A DNA stretch of 64,000 nt from an uncultured Bacteroidota bacterium (lineage in GTDB: Bacteria; Bacteroidota; Ignavibacteria; UBA10030; UBA6906). Where the stretch lies: positions 96,001 to 160,000 of the forward strand of contig CAVOYH010000001.1 of the NCBI GenBank assembly GCA_963700635.1. Direction: 5' to 3'. Positions 48,455 to 59,181 of this stretch are shown one piece after another. Position 1 is the first letter of the stretch, and the number at the start of each line of letters is the position of its first letter. A program made the translations under genes and the position numbers. The notes below the pieces were generated by a model. It made no database searches. It was not told the origin of the DNA and saw only the letters and a list, made by a program, of their open reading frames with translations.

Positions 48455-49654
48455 ATGACCCAACTTCCTTCCGACCGCCCGATGCCGTGTACTGCCTGTG
48501 GTACCGCGACAGTCAAATCTTTCGTTGAGATCCGGGATGTACCGGTTCACTGTAATCTGCTCTGGCCGACTCATGAATCTGCATTGACTGCTCCCCGGGG
48601 TGATATCACCCTTGGATTCTGCACAACGTGCGGCCACGTCTTCAATACGGCCTTTGATCCGGTTTTGATGGAGTACACTCAGGCCTATGAGAACTCTTTA
48701 CATTTCTCTCCGCGCTTTCAGCAATACGCGGACGCTCTTGCCCGCCGGCTTATTGATCGGTATGGCATCCGGGGAAAAGATGTGATTGATGTGGGTTGCG
48801 GCAAAGGGGATTTCCTTGCGATGGTCTGTGAGCACGGAAACAACCGCGGATTCGGGTTTGATCCGAGTTATGTGCCCGAACACATGGCTCCGGACAAGGC
48901 GGCCAGAATGACGATCATACAGGATTTCTATTCGCCGGAGTACGCCAGCACAAAAGCGGATCTTATCAGTTGCCGGCACGTGCTGGAGCACATCCAGTAT
49001 CCCCGTCAATTCGTCGATAATGTACGGGCAGCGGTGGGTGACAGGCACTCCACCGTGGTGTTCTTCGAGGTCCCCAATGTGCTCTATACGCTGAAGGACC
49101 TTGGCATATGGGACCTTATCTATGAACACTGTTCGTATTTTTCAGTTCCCTCCCTTCGGGAAGTTTTCCGGGCCAGCGGTTTTGCCGTCAAGGAACTTCA
49201 CGAATTATACGAAGGACAATTTCTTGGGATTGACTCTTTTGCCTCTCCTGTATCCCAGCAAGGTCTTGACGACGCCACGCCTGATGATGTGCGCTTGATG
49301 GGAACATTTGTTCAGAGATTTGCGGCGGAGTATGCGGGAAAGGTCGGTGTATGGGGAAAGCGACTCGCACAGTGGAAAGAGAAGAATGCGAAGGTGGCGG
49401 TGTGGGGTGGTGGGTCGAAAGGGGTGACGTTCCTCAATGTGCTTCGCCCGGGACCGACAGTCGGGTGTATGGTTGACATCAATCCCCGCAAACAGGGGAT
49501 GTTCGTTGCCGGAACCGGCCAGCAGATCGTACCTCCCGAATATCTCCAATCCTACAAGCCGGACGTTGTGGTCATCATGAATCCGGTCTATCGCGAGGAA
49601 ATCAACGGCCTGCTTTCAAATATGGGCTTAGCCCCGGCGCTTGAGCTGGCGTGA
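48455..49654 (+). CDS. NDP-sugar C-methyltransferase-like protein (tandem paralog)
   Basis: CTACG, CTTCG, DVGCGKGDFL, DLIYEH, WGGGSKG, VDINP. Confidence 0.87.
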   Translation: MTQLPSDRPMPCTACGTATVKSFVEIRDVPVHCNLLWPTHESALTAPRGDITLGFCTTCGHVFNTAFDPVLMEYTQAYENSLHFSPRFQQYADALARRLIDRYGIRGKDVIDVGCGKGDFLAMVCEHGNNRGFGFDPSYVPEHMAPDKAARMTIIQDFYSPEYASTKADLISCRHVLEHIQYPRQFVDNVRAAVGDRHSTVVFFEVPNVLYTLKDLGIWDLIYEHCSYFSVPSLREVFRASGFAVKELHELYEGQFLGIDSFASPVSQQGLDDATPDDVRLMGTFVQRFAAEYAGKVGVWGKRLAQWKEKNAKVAVWGGGSKGVTFLNVLRPGPTVGCMVDINPRKQGMFVAGTGQQIVPPEYLQSYKPDVVVIMNPVYREEINGLLSNMGLAPALELA

Positions 49655-49688
49655 ACGTTGCCTGAAGCAATGAGCGACCCGGATTGTG

Positions 49689-50780
49689 TTAGATGTTTGT
49701 TATCTGCTGAAGATGTTCCCAGAGGACTCTGGCGACTACCTCTAACGAGTGCCCGCCTGCTGTTTTCTGCCCGCCTGCAGTGATCCTCTCAAAGAGCGAT
49801 CTGTTGTTCCGGAGAGCCGCTACATTCCTCACGAATGAGTCCGAATCGGGCGTCACGAGGCAATTGTGTCCATCCGACAGATCGTAATGTTCGACGATCG
49901 ACAGAACGGGTGTACCTGTTCCCCAGGCATCGCCGATCAGTCCCCACCCATATCGTCGGGCCGGAGAGAATACGAACAGTGACCGCCGGAGCAGCGCCAT
50001 TGCTTCCTGACGGGAACATCGCGGAAGCACCGTCACCCGGTTCCCAAAGTGTTCCTGCAGAGTCTTTATCGTGCGTTCACCCTCTTCATCCACAGCCGGT
50101 CCGACAAGCTGGATTCTGAAATCCGGATGTGCATGAAGGAGCGCGGAATAGACCGTGAGTAACTGACCTGCGCCTTTTCCCTTACTCAGCGAACCGATAT
50201 ATGCCGAAAAACTCAAGTTCCGGTCGTTGAAGGAAGCTGCCGGACCCGGGTCGGGATGGGGCCACGGCAAATACCGCAATCCCGGATACGCGCGCCAGGA
50301 AGGGAGCCTCTGCTCCACGGGATTTGAAACAAGGATTGCCGAACACGAGGCATGAAGGTACGTCCTTCCCGCCCATCCTGTCACCGACCTCAGCAACGGT
50401 ATACCCCCGTGATACCGCCTCCGCAGAAACACCAGATCGTCAAGGAAATACTCATTGTGGAGGATCACCGGAGCACCAGTTCTCCTGCGCAAGGCCCTTG
50501 CGATCGGCATGTTCTCTGTGACCGCACAGTAGATGATGTCCGGTCTGAATGCACTCCCACGTTCGAGCACCTCCCGGTCGGCGCTGAAGCGGGGGAATCG
50601 ATAGATGCTCAACCGTCCCCGGGATTCGGTGGTCTCACCGGATTCGTGGGCCTTGAGGACATCGTGACTTCCGGCAAGAACAGCACACTCGACGTCGTGG
50701 GTCGCGCACAGGTGCTCCCAGAGCATTGCCATCTCGTTGATGCGCACATCAAATGCAGGGTACAGCGCGAGGATACGCAT
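49689..50780 (-). CDS. Divergent GT-B (family 4-like) glycosyltransferase
   Basis: RPDIIY, YIGSLSKGKG, GLIGDAWGTGTPV. Confidence 0.75.
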   Translation of the reverse strand: MRILALYPAFDVRINEMAMLWEHLCATHDVECAVLAGSHDVLKAHESGETTESRGRLSIYRFPRFSADREVLERGSAFRPDIIYCAVTENMPIARALRRRTGAPVILHNEYFLDDLVFLRRRYHGGIPLLRSVTGWAGRTYLHASCSAILVSNPVEQRLPSWRAYPGLRYLPWPHPDPGPAASFNDRNLSFSAYIGSLSKGKGAGQLLTVYSALLHAHPDFRIQLVGPAVDEEGERTIKTLQEHFGNRVTVLPRCSRQEAMALLRRSLFVFSPARRYGWGLIGDAWGTGTPVLSIVEHYDLSDGHNCLVTPDSDSFVRNVAALRNNRSLFERITAGGQKTAGGHSLEVVARVLWEHLQQITNI

Positions 50781-50912
50781 GATTATGCCGATCGCGTGAA
50801 AGAATACAATGCGACTTTCGTGAAGAGTCGCGCCGAGCTAATGCGCCCCCTGCTACTCTCCGCATGACGATGAGAGTTGCCACGCGGACCATCCGCACGG
50901 GATGGTTCCATT

Positions 50913-52040
50913 CTAGGGAGTAGCGAGTGCTTCTTTGTAGATCAGTTGCAGTTTCTGTGCGTACAGAACAGGTGAATGCTCTTCCAGTATCCGCTGCAGC
51001 GCAAGGATTCCCTTTGCCCGGATGCGTGACCGGTCTCTTATACACTCTTTCAGAATTCCATACACTCCTTCCTGAATCTTCTCGGATGCCAGGCGGCGCT
51101 CCCCGACGGTGGCCCGGAGAGCCTGTCCGCCCTGATCTGTCGGGAGGGAAATCATCCAGCCGGCGGCGTCGCTGTTGATTTCGGGGAGAGTACACACATT
51201 GGTTGAAATTACCGGTGCTCCTGCAGCCTGCGCTTCAAGCACGGTAAATCCGTAGGTGTCGTCATAGGTCGGAAGAAGAGCGATATGTGATCGTCTGAAC
51301 AGATCCAGGACTGTAGCATTTGGCAGATTCTGGTGAAGCTGCACATGCGGTGCGAGAGAGCGGATTGTTTGTAGCGCTGCGTCGGCTTCTTCTTTTGTCG
51401 AGTGCGATGCATAGTCACCCCACCCCAGATTCGAGACAATATGGAGTCTGACCGGCGCGCCTTCAGACAGTAGCTGAGCAAAGGCCGCCAGAATCTCCTT
51501 TCCTCCTTTTCGAAAAAAGTCTCGTCCGACGAAGGTACAGGTAACGAGGTCGTCATGCAACATCTTTTGTTCATAGGTATCGATGAGTGGAGCCTGGGGA
51601 GGGTGGATGACACAGAGGCGCCGCATAATCTCGTCGCTCAGCGTGGATTCGGATTCGAGCAAGCTACGCTGTGCGTCTTGCGCGAAACGACTCATGGCAA
51701 TGATCTTTTTGCAGCTCGGGTTTGCCAGAAGCTTCATACCGAACGCCGAGCGCGGATTCCATCGTGGCAGATAATGTTCGAACGAAACCACCCAGGGAGT
51801 CTGCGAGCAACTCAAGGTGTTGACAATATGCAGAAGATCAACCCGATTCGCCCCGAGATCACAATGTATACAATTGAAAAAAGATGTCGCAGAGGAGGCG
51901 TGAAGGAGTCTGCGGAGCAGGAAATTCGCCACGTTACACAGATCGTACGTACGCACAAACGTCACGTCATCCAGTGCAATATTTCCGATGATGCGCTGTT
52001 CTACATAGCCGAGTCCTTGAATCCCTACGGTTAAGTGCAT
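50913..52040 (-). CDS. Glycosyltransferase family 4
   Basis: FVGRDFFRKGG, LLPTYDDTYGFTVLEAQAAGAPVI; start placed at MHLTVG. Confidence 0.88.
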   Translation of the reverse strand: MHLTVGIQGLGYVEQRIIGNIALDDVTFVRTYDLCNVANFLLRRLLHASSATSFFNCIHCDLGANRVDLLHIVNTLSCSQTPWVVSFEHYLPRWNPRSAFGMKLLANPSCKKIIAMSRFAQDAQRSLLESESTLSDEIMRRLCVIHPPQAPLIDTYEQKMLHDDLVTCTFVGRDFFRKGGKEILAAFAQLLSEGAPVRLHIVSNLGWGDYASHSTKEEADAALQTIRSLAPHVQLHQNLPNATVLDLFRRSHIALLPTYDDTYGFTVLEAQAAGAPVISTNVCTLPEINSDAAGWMISLPTDQGGQALRATVGERRLASEKIQEGVYGILKECIRDRSRIRAKGILALQRILEEHSPVLYAQKLQLIYKEALATP

Positions 52041-52460
52041 GGAAGAAAGAGGAATGCTCCGTGTCGGTTGTTGCGAGAGAACTTTAGGTTCAAAAAAATA
52101 TACACCTGTGATGGGTAAAAAGCAATGCGCCATGGCAAACCCAAACGTCTCGCTTGAAAGGGAGTGGCGGCCCACGGCACGAGAGGCGGTCAGACAAACG
52201 CCGCGGGGATGCAGCGGCGCGGGGAGAGACGAGAATGCTTTGGGGAGTCCAACTGTCACCCATCACTGCGCCGGACATTGATTTGTAGAATTCGTTTCAC
52301 CTTTTGTCACCGCGCACTCCGTGAAACTGTTAAGAAGACACATTGTACATGCGAATACGGTGCGCATTCGACAATTCCGTCATCGGTGGAAGCCCCCTGC
52401 ATATTGGCACCTCGTGTGACCTACGATACACACGAAGTTGACTCTCTATGGAGGATATGT

Positions 52461-55400
52461 ATGCGTTCTGGCAATGCTGCGCTGGTCTGTGGGCTCTGTA
52501 TCGTGTGGAATTGTTCCTTATTGGGACGGACATTTGTCGTGGCCCCGGGGGGAAATGACAGTCAGGTCGGAAGCCTTACGGCCCCCTGGCGTACGCTAGC
52601 CAAGGCGAATTCCTCCCTGGCTTCCGGTGACACGGTTCTCGTGCGGGGTGGCACGTACCATGAACGGATCGTACCGGCCCGATCCGGTTCAAACGGCTCA
52701 CCCATTGTTTACCGATCCTTCCCGGGCGAGCTGGTCGTCGTGGACGGTCCCGATGACACAGACATAAACCTTGTCACGGTGAGCAAAAGTTGGATCGTTA
52801 TCGAAGGATTCACATTCCGTAATCAGGACTATTTTGATCTGCCGATGAATTCAGATTACTGGGTGGTTCTTGACGGAACACACATCGTGTTCCGTTATAA
52901 CCGGCTCATCGCTGACGGCGACGTCTTTTCAAATATATATGTGCGTAATGCCGCGTCGCGGGGGATCGCCGAGACCGGACAATACAACACGATCGAGCAT
53001 TGTTTTGTGCGTGGTTTATCCTTCGGCATCGTTATCGCAGGTTCGTCTCCTCGATTCACCCTGCTGCGCTACGACACCGTTTACGCCAGCGGCCAGAATA
53101 ACATCGATGTGGGTGCGACCGGAGACGGCACAACTGCCTATCATGGTACCTTGATCGAATATTGTGTGCTGGATACGTCGATTATTGAAGACAATATTCA
53201 ATTCGAACCGGACTATGGAGACCCCACCTCGACGTTGCACAATCGAGGGACCATTATCCGCCACACGATCATGGGCAATGCAGCCGAAAACGCAATCGAC
53301 CTCAAAGGCGCCGGACATACGATCATCGAAAACAATCTGATCTACAGTTCCAGTGGTGATGATGATGGCCCTCTCGGCGGACACGATGTCGGAAGCGGCG
53401 GAGGTGTGACCGCAAACGCGAATACGCCGACCCGGAATACCATTGTCCGGAGGAATGTGATCTGGGATCATTCCACAGGGTTGGATATGGCGGAAGGGGA
53501 TCACTACTTCAACAACACCATCCTCAATAACCGGCGGACATGGCAGGGCCCGAACCAGTCAGGTACGTCGCATGTCGCATTGCGTGCGTTTAGCTACCCG
53601 AACACTAAGAGGGCATTCCTGAACAACATCGTTGCCGGTCAACAAAACGGTGGTGTCTTCGAATGGCTGATGGATTGGGGAGGCAAATTCCATCTTGACA
53701 ACAATCTCTACTATGACACCGGCGCACCGGCGCGATTTATACACCGGAAAAATGGTTCATTGATCACCACGGTAGGCCTGAATAGCTGGAAGAGTGAACT
53801 TTCAACATATGCGGGTTACGGGTACATGCAGGGGAAGGATGTTTCTGCCCTTGAGGCGGACCCCGGCTTTCTCAATGCGCCCATTCAAGCGGTCGGGTAT
53901 GATCCGTCATGGAATTTTGGTCTCAAAAGCTCCTCTCCAGCCATTGATGCCGGTCGCGCACTGACGTTTGCCACCGGCGCAGGAACAGCAAGCACGAGTC
54001 TCGCCGTGGATGACGCCTATTTCTTCTGCGATGGCTTCGGCATTACCGATGGTGATGAGATAAGGATCGGTGGTGATGTTCCCGTGCGCATCCTTGTGAT
54101 CGACTACGGCCGTAACATTCTCACTCTCGGCGAACCCCGGAGCTGGTCCGCCGGTGCCGGGGTGCATCTCTCGTACAACGGCAACGCCCCTGATATCGGT
54201 GCTCTGGAGTCCGGTACATCAGGTCCGCTCCCGTCCCCGCCGGGGATCATCAACCTGTACGCTCCGGTTGACGGGATCCGCGATCTACCACTCCAGTCAT
54301 TCTTGAGCTGGATCCCGGTAGCCGGTGTCCTTTCCTATCATGTGGAGGTTTCCCTCACAACCTCCTTCGGCAGCAAGGCGCTCGATGTGTACGGGGTGAC
54401 GGGTACCTCTCTTCCGATCACCTCTCTTGCCGGCAGCACGACGTATTACTGGAGGGTGCGTGGAGCCAATCGGGGTGGATTTGGAGCATGGTCGGCAGCA
54501 CGATCGTTTACGACAGTTGTGACCTCTGGCAGTAGCGGGAAAGATGGACCTGAACTCCTGCAGAACGGCGATTTCGAGAACGGGTCACAGGGATGGACTT
54601 TCTTTACCAGCGGAACCGGTGGGTTTTCTACGAGGGGACCGGCCTTTAAGGGGTCGTCCGCCGGACGTATCACGATAACATCTGCAGGCAACAATATTCA
54701 GCTCTACCAGGCGGGAATCACCCTCTCCGCGGATTCATACTATCGTTTGACCTTCACTGCATATTCTTCAACAGGTCATGACCTCGCGGTCGGGCTAATG
54801 CAACACGGGCCACCGTACTCGGATTATGGATTATGGACACGCCGGGTCAGTCTGGAAACAAACTGGCGAACATACAATGTGTACCTGCGGACCTCCAATT
54901 TTGCTGGAACCGTGGATGACGGCCGGCTGCAATTCTGGTTCCCGGAGTTTGCTGAAGCCGGGGACGAGTACTGGCTCGACGACATCACCTTTCAGCAGAT
55001 TGATGTGCCACCGCTTCCGGGAAGTTCTCAATTCCTGATTCCCGCTCCCGGAGCCATTGAACAACCAAACATCCTCACCCTTCACTGGGCAGCAGTTGAT
55101 GGCGCAGACGGGTATCTGGTGCAACTCGCAACGGACCCCCTGTTCGTTCAGATGGTATGCGATTCAGTGATTAACGATACGTTGTTGACCGTGGGACCGC
55201 TTGAATCATCGACCTGCTACTACAGGCGCATCCGTGCATTGAATGTGGGAGGGTCCGGACCTCTTAGTCCATATTGTTCCTTTTCGACGATTGTGGCGAA
55301 GACCAGCATTGACCTTACCAGAAATAAGCCCAACCAGGTCAATCTGGAACAGAATTTTCCGAATCCGTTCAATCCGTCGACCGTGGTGCGGTATTCTCTG

Positions 55401-55595
55401 CCCCGGCAAACATATGTGACGCTCACCGTGTACAACGCGCTTGGGGTGGAAGTTGCGGTACTGGAGCAGGGAGAACGTTCATCCGGGGAGCACGTAGTGC
55501 CCTTCGAAGCAAGGGGTCTGGCGAGCGGGGCATACTTCTATACGCTTGCTGTGGATGGCGCGGTGGAAACCAGGAAAATGTTGTTGTTGCGATAA
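52461..55595 (+). CDS. T9SS cargo: right-handed beta-helix (pectin-lyase fold), Fn3, CBM4/9-like, Fn3, CTD
   Basis: GGAGGA RBS; VAPGGNDS..GS..APWRTL..GDTVLVRGGTYHE; LLQNGDFENG; LEQNFPNPFNP. Confidence 0.88.
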   Translation: MRSGNAALVCGLCIVWNCSLLGRTFVVAPGGNDSQVGSLTAPWRTLAKANSSLASGDTVLVRGGTYHERIVPARSGSNGSPIVYRSFPGELVVVDGPDDTDINLVTVSKSWIVIEGFTFRNQDYFDLPMNSDYWVVLDGTHIVFRYNRLIADGDVFSNIYVRNAASRGIAETGQYNTIEHCFVRGLSFGIVIAGSSPRFTLLRYDTVYASGQNNIDVGATGDGTTAYHGTLIEYCVLDTSIIEDNIQFEPDYGDPTSTLHNRGTIIRHTIMGNAAENAIDLKGAGHTIIENNLIYSSSGDDDGPLGGHDVGSGGGVTANANTPTRNTIVRRNVIWDHSTGLDMAEGDHYFNNTILNNRRTWQGPNQSGTSHVALRAFSYPNTKRAFLNNIVAGQQNGGVFEWLMDWGGKFHLDNNLYYDTGAPARFIHRKNGSLITTVGLNSWKSELSTYAGYGYMQGKDVSALEADPGFLNAPIQAVGYDPSWNFGLKSSSPAIDAGRALTFATGAGTASTSLAVDDAYFFCDGFGITDGDEIRIGGDVPVRILVIDYGRNILTLGEPRSWSAGAGVHLSYNGNAPDIGALESGTSGPLPSPPGIINLYAPVDGIRDLPLQSFLSWIPVAGVLSYHVEVSLTTSFGSKALDVYGVTGTSLPITSLAGSTTYYWRVRGANRGGFGAWSAARSFTTVVTSGSSGKDGPELLQNGDFENGSQGWTFFTSGTGGFSTRGPAFKGSSAGRITITSAGNNIQLYQAGITLSADSYYRLTFTAYSSTGHDLAVGLMQHGPPYSDYGLWTRRVSLETNWRTYNVYLRTSNFAGTVDDGRLQFWFPEFAEAGDEYWLDDITFQQIDVPPLPGSSQFLIPAPGAIEQPNILTLHWAAVDGADGYLVQLATDPLFVQMVCDSVINDTLLTVGPLESSTCYYRRIRALNVGGSGPLSPYCSFSTIVAKTSIDLTRNKPNQVNLEQNFPNPFNPSTVVRYSLPRQTYVTLTVYNALGVEVAVLEQGERSSGEHVVPFEARGLASGAYFYTLAVDGAVETRKMLLLR

Positions 55596-55606
55596 CGTGC
55601 GCGCAC

Positions 55607-55635
55607 TTGCATACGAGCTGCCCTCCGGCTACATT
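55607..55635 (+). promoter_or_regulatory. Sigma70-type promoter
   Basis: TTGCAT-17 nt-TACATT. Confidence 0.5.
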
Positions 55636-55672
55636 ATGACAATTGTCGCCTGTCGATGTAGCCGGAGTCAGA

Positions 55673-57175
55673 ATGGCTGATCTATCGCTGGTTCAAAAGG
55701 TTCTTTACGGGACCCTGGTTCTCCTTGGTTTTTCATTCTGGTTTTTCGTCGGATATCCGTTCGCGAACCATAATGAATCGTTCGTCATGGTGCCGCAGCT
55801 TGAGGAGATGGATCTCGGTGGGGTCCTGACAGAACGCGTCTACCCTGTCGCAAACTATCGCCCCCTGGGTCAGGCCATTATGTGGGCCGGATACCACCTG
55901 GGGGGAAGAACCGTTTTCAGTGTGCAGATCTTCAACTACGTTGTCGCTGTGGCCGCCTGGCTTGTGATGTTCTTCGCTTTGCGTGAGCGGAGGGTCATGG
56001 GCTATGTGGCGCTCATTGTCGGGGGCGTCCTCTTTTCCGGATACATCTATCTGTTCCATCTTCATGGCGTTTTCTATAGCCCGCTCCTTCTTCTGGTTGC
56101 TCTCTTGTTTTTTCTCGAAACGCGGACGATCACGGCCGGGCGGTTATGGACGGTTGTCCTGGCCGCGCTTGTGGCAGCGCTGTTTCACCCGTATGCTCTG
56201 CCTGTCTTTCTTGCAGCACTCGCCGGATTCTACATCGAGCGGCCCTCGGAGTTCCGGCCCTTCGGCCGGGTCCTCGTTGGATCGATTGCCGGCGCGCTCG
56301 TGCTCATTGTTGTCCTTGTGATCATCCCGCGCCATGAAAGTGTCATGACCACACGAGAGATGCTTGCCGGCCTTGTGACGTCGTATCAGATGGTGGAAGT
56401 CAACAGCGCCGTGTCGGCCGTGGTGGCCCTGCTTGTAATGCTCACCGCGTTGAGCTACCCCGTTGGACCGGGGGTGCGCTGGATCGCACTGGGTGTTGCC
56501 CTTGCGGGCGTCATTGCCGCAAGTATGTGGGGACTGCCCATCCTCTTTATATGGATTGGAGTTTCGATAGTAAAGACCGTCCTGAATAGGAAATGGTGGC
56601 TGTGTTTCGTCATCGCTGGTACGGCAATGTTGCCGGCACCCGCGGCGACCGGGTCTCCAACATATGCGATATTTGTGATCATGGCATGCACCGGAGGTCT
56701 GGCTCTGGCATGGCAGGAAGCAGAAGAACGTATTCTGGTGTGGGGGGATCGTCTTGCCGCCTTGACGATCGTCGTTGCTCTCCTCCTTCTCATCCTCCTT
56801 CGTAGCGGGGTCCAGGTGCCGGTTCTGTCTCGTGTGGCCCATCCGATCGTTGCAGAACGGGAAAAGACGGTCCAACTCGAAGAAATCGTCCGGTGGCTCG
56901 TCCACTCTGAGTATGCCCGGTATGAACCTGTTCTCGTCCGGGTATCAAGCAATCCGCGTGAAGCATCCGATGCGGTCGATCGGACAAACCGGCCTCCCAC
57001 CAGCCAGGAGTACCTGTCCAAATACGCGCGCAGCCGACGGCATGGTGAGGCTCTCCCGGGAAAAATCGTGCTTGTGGGATTTGGAGGGGAGGATGTGCCC
57101 GGGGGAACGCTGCTTCATACAGTCGAAGCTCCAGATGCGGGTCAGGCGCGCGTCTTTCTACCTCCCCAGAGGTAG
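55673..57175 (+). CDS. Polytopic membrane protein, possibly a GT-C fold glycosyltransferase
   Basis: TM, then loop with NHNE and NYRPLG, about 11 more TMs, soluble C-terminal domain. Confidence 0.6.
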   Translation: MADLSLVQKVLYGTLVLLGFSFWFFVGYPFANHNESFVMVPQLEEMDLGGVLTERVYPVANYRPLGQAIMWAGYHLGGRTVFSVQIFNYVVAVAAWLVMFFALRERRVMGYVALIVGGVLFSGYIYLFHLHGVFYSPLLLLVALLFFLETRTITAGRLWTVVLAALVAALFHPYALPVFLAALAGFYIERPSEFRPFGRVLVGSIAGALVLIVVLVIIPRHESVMTTREMLAGLVTSYQMVEVNSAVSAVVALLVMLTALSYPVGPGVRWIALGVALAGVIAASMWGLPILFIWIGVSIVKTVLNRKWWLCFVIAGTAMLPAPAATGSPTYAIFVIMACTGGLALAWQEAEERILVWGDRLAALTIVVALLLLILLRSGVQVPVLSRVAHPIVAEREKTVQLEEIVRWLVHSEYARYEPVLVRVSSNPREASDAVDRTNRPPTSQEYLSKYARSRRHGEALPGKIVLVGFGGEDVPGGTLLHTVEAPDAGQARVFLPPQR

Positions 57176-57204
57176 GGGACGCGGCCATCACGCCCGAGGG
57201 GCGG

Positions 57205-57233
57205 TTGCATTTGACTGCCCCTGCAGGTATATT
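57205..57233 (+). promoter_or_regulatory. Sigma70-type promoter
   Basis: TTGCAT-17 nt-TATATT. Confidence 0.55.
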
Positions 57234-57307
57234 ATACAAAATTGATCCGGTTTTGTTGAGGGAAACTACGTCTGCACGCGGCTTTCAATACGCGTTTCTA
57301 TAGCCTT

Positions 57308-59164
57308 TTGCCCCTTTTCTCCATCATAACGTCCATCCTGCTTGGGTTCTCCTGCAAAGAGATCCCACTGCAAGAAGGGGTGGCATCGGTATGGGCGGTG
57401 GATGAGAGCGAGAAAGTGAAACAGGAAGACCTGAATCACCGGGCAAAAAACAATCCGCGGAACCGGGTGTGGGATGGGACCACTATCCGGATTTTCGGAG
57501 CCCGAAATGAAATTGTGGGATTCCAGATCATCCTCGAAGCCGGGGGTGCTGGGGCCTCCGCCGTGGATGTGAAATTGGATAGCCTTGCCGGCGACGGATT
57601 TGTTATTACAAACGAACCGGCAACCGGCGATCCTTTTGATTTTCGGGGGAAACGAATAGAACGGTTCACCCAGAGTTATGTTCATGTTGGGGAGCGGAGC
57701 GATTGGTGGATTGCTGGGGCCCGCCCGCTACCTGATGATGTTCACACCGGTTGGATACCCGATGCGCTGGTTCCAATTGAGGTGCAGGGGACCTTCGCCA
57801 ATGGCAGCGGGGGAGCCCCTTTTTCCATTGGAGCCTCAAGAAACCAGGGGGTGTGGATCGACATCACAATCCCACGTGAAGCGCCGAAGGGGTTGTATCG
57901 CGGGTTCGTAAAGGTGGTGGAAGAGTCCCGGGTAACCTATACCATCCCGGTGGAACTGCGTGTGTATGGTTTTTTGATCCCTGACACGACGCATCTCAAA
58001 AATCATTTTTTCTGGGGGTACCCGACCATATCATCGCGTCACGGAATTGCAAACAATACGCCCGAATACTGGGAGGTTTTTCACGCCTACGCGAAGGTGT
58101 TTCACCGTCACCGGCTCGACCTTATTGACGGTGGGCGGACGCTGAAAGAGTTCTCCCAGCACCTGGCAGGGTACTATACCGGCACTCAGTTTACGGCCCG
58201 TTCCGGGTACGCGGGCCCCGGTGTCGGTGTGGGGAATCAGACCTACAGTATCGGAACCTATGACCAGCCATCCGACGGATGGCGTTCGGGCTTCTGGCCT
58301 GATACTCCGGAGGCCTGGGGACAGGCTGCGGATGCGTGGGAGCAATGGTTTCGCGATCATGCTCCATCAGTGGTGCGTTACAAGTACCTTGAAGATGAAC
58401 CACCCTATGCGCACTGGGGAGATGTAAAACAACGAGCGACATGGATACGAAGCGGAAGAGGTGTGGGAAGGTTCCTGGGAACCCTCGTGACAACCAGAAT
58501 AGGTCCGGAGTTGTTTGGAGCAATATCATTCTGGATGACCGGTGGTCATGCCGGATGGCGCGACAGTGGTGGAACGACGGGGTTCGATGTGCACGTTGTG
58601 CGTGACCGCAAGGCCGCTGGTGAGTATGTAGGGTTCTACAACGGGCAACGACCGTCGTATGGCGATCCGGTACCCCTCGATAATTTTGCCACGGATGCGC
58701 GGGTTAATCCGTGGATTGCGTGGAAGTACGGTGCCGACCAGTACTTTCTCTGGGAAACTGCATACTATGCAGGAACATCGCTCAACGCCTGGAATGCCGG
58801 CGTTTCGGGATCTCTTGTGTATACAGGTGAAGACCGGAAGTTCCCGCGGGAGAATCGTGGACTTCGTGGTCCCGTGACCTCGATTCGTATGAAGAACCTC
58901 CGGCGCGGTTTTCAGGACTTCGAGTACCTCTGGCTCGCACGCCATGCGGGTGAGGATACACGGGCAATCGTCGATGCCGTGGTGCCCGCGGCATTTAATG
59001 ATTACAACGGTTCATCGTTTACCAATCAGAGTGATCAACCTCTCTGGGCTGATAAAGGGTATCTGTACGAGGATGCCCGGCGCACGCTGGCAGACCTCCT
59101 GGAAAAGGCTGCATCACGGGGGCAGAATCCCAAGCGGAATCCGACACGTGTGAAGGCGCATTGA
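57308..59164 (+). CDS. DUF4091 / GH123-like glycoside hydrolase, probable lipoprotein
   Basis: GARNEIVGFQI, IPDALVP, LEDEP, SIRMKNLRRGFQDFEYL; LLGFS/C lipobox-like; start uncertain. Confidence 0.78.
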   Translation: MPLFSIITSILLGFSCKEIPLQEGVASVWAVDESEKVKQEDLNHRAKNNPRNRVWDGTTIRIFGARNEIVGFQIILEAGGAGASAVDVKLDSLAGDGFVITNEPATGDPFDFRGKRIERFTQSYVHVGERSDWWIAGARPLPDDVHTGWIPDALVPIEVQGTFANGSGGAPFSIGASRNQGVWIDITIPREAPKGLYRGFVKVVEESRVTYTIPVELRVYGFLIPDTTHLKNHFFWGYPTISSRHGIANNTPEYWEVFHAYAKVFHRHRLDLIDGGRTLKEFSQHLAGYYTGTQFTARSGYAGPGVGVGNQTYSIGTYDQPSDGWRSGFWPDTPEAWGQAADAWEQWFRDHAPSVVRYKYLEDEPPYAHWGDVKQRATWIRSGRGVGRFLGTLVTTRIGPELFGAISFWMTGGHAGWRDSGGTTGFDVHVVRDRKAAGEYVGFYNGQRPSYGDPVPLDNFATDARVNPWIAWKYGADQYFLWETAYYAGTSLNAWNAGVSGSLVYTGEDRKFPRENRGLRGPVTSIRMKNLRRGFQDFEYLWLARHAGEDTRAIVDAVVPAAFNDYNGSSFTNQSDQPLWADKGYLYEDARRTLADLLEKAASRGQNPKRNPTRVKAH

Positions 59165-59181
59165 TAATGGGAAGGTGTCGT

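Noticed and set aside
52041-52460. Long N-terminal extensions of ORFs 50913-52259 and 52164-55595
   Set aside because: They overlap head to head and lack protein-like features; better starts at 52040 and 52461 leave a divergent intergenic region
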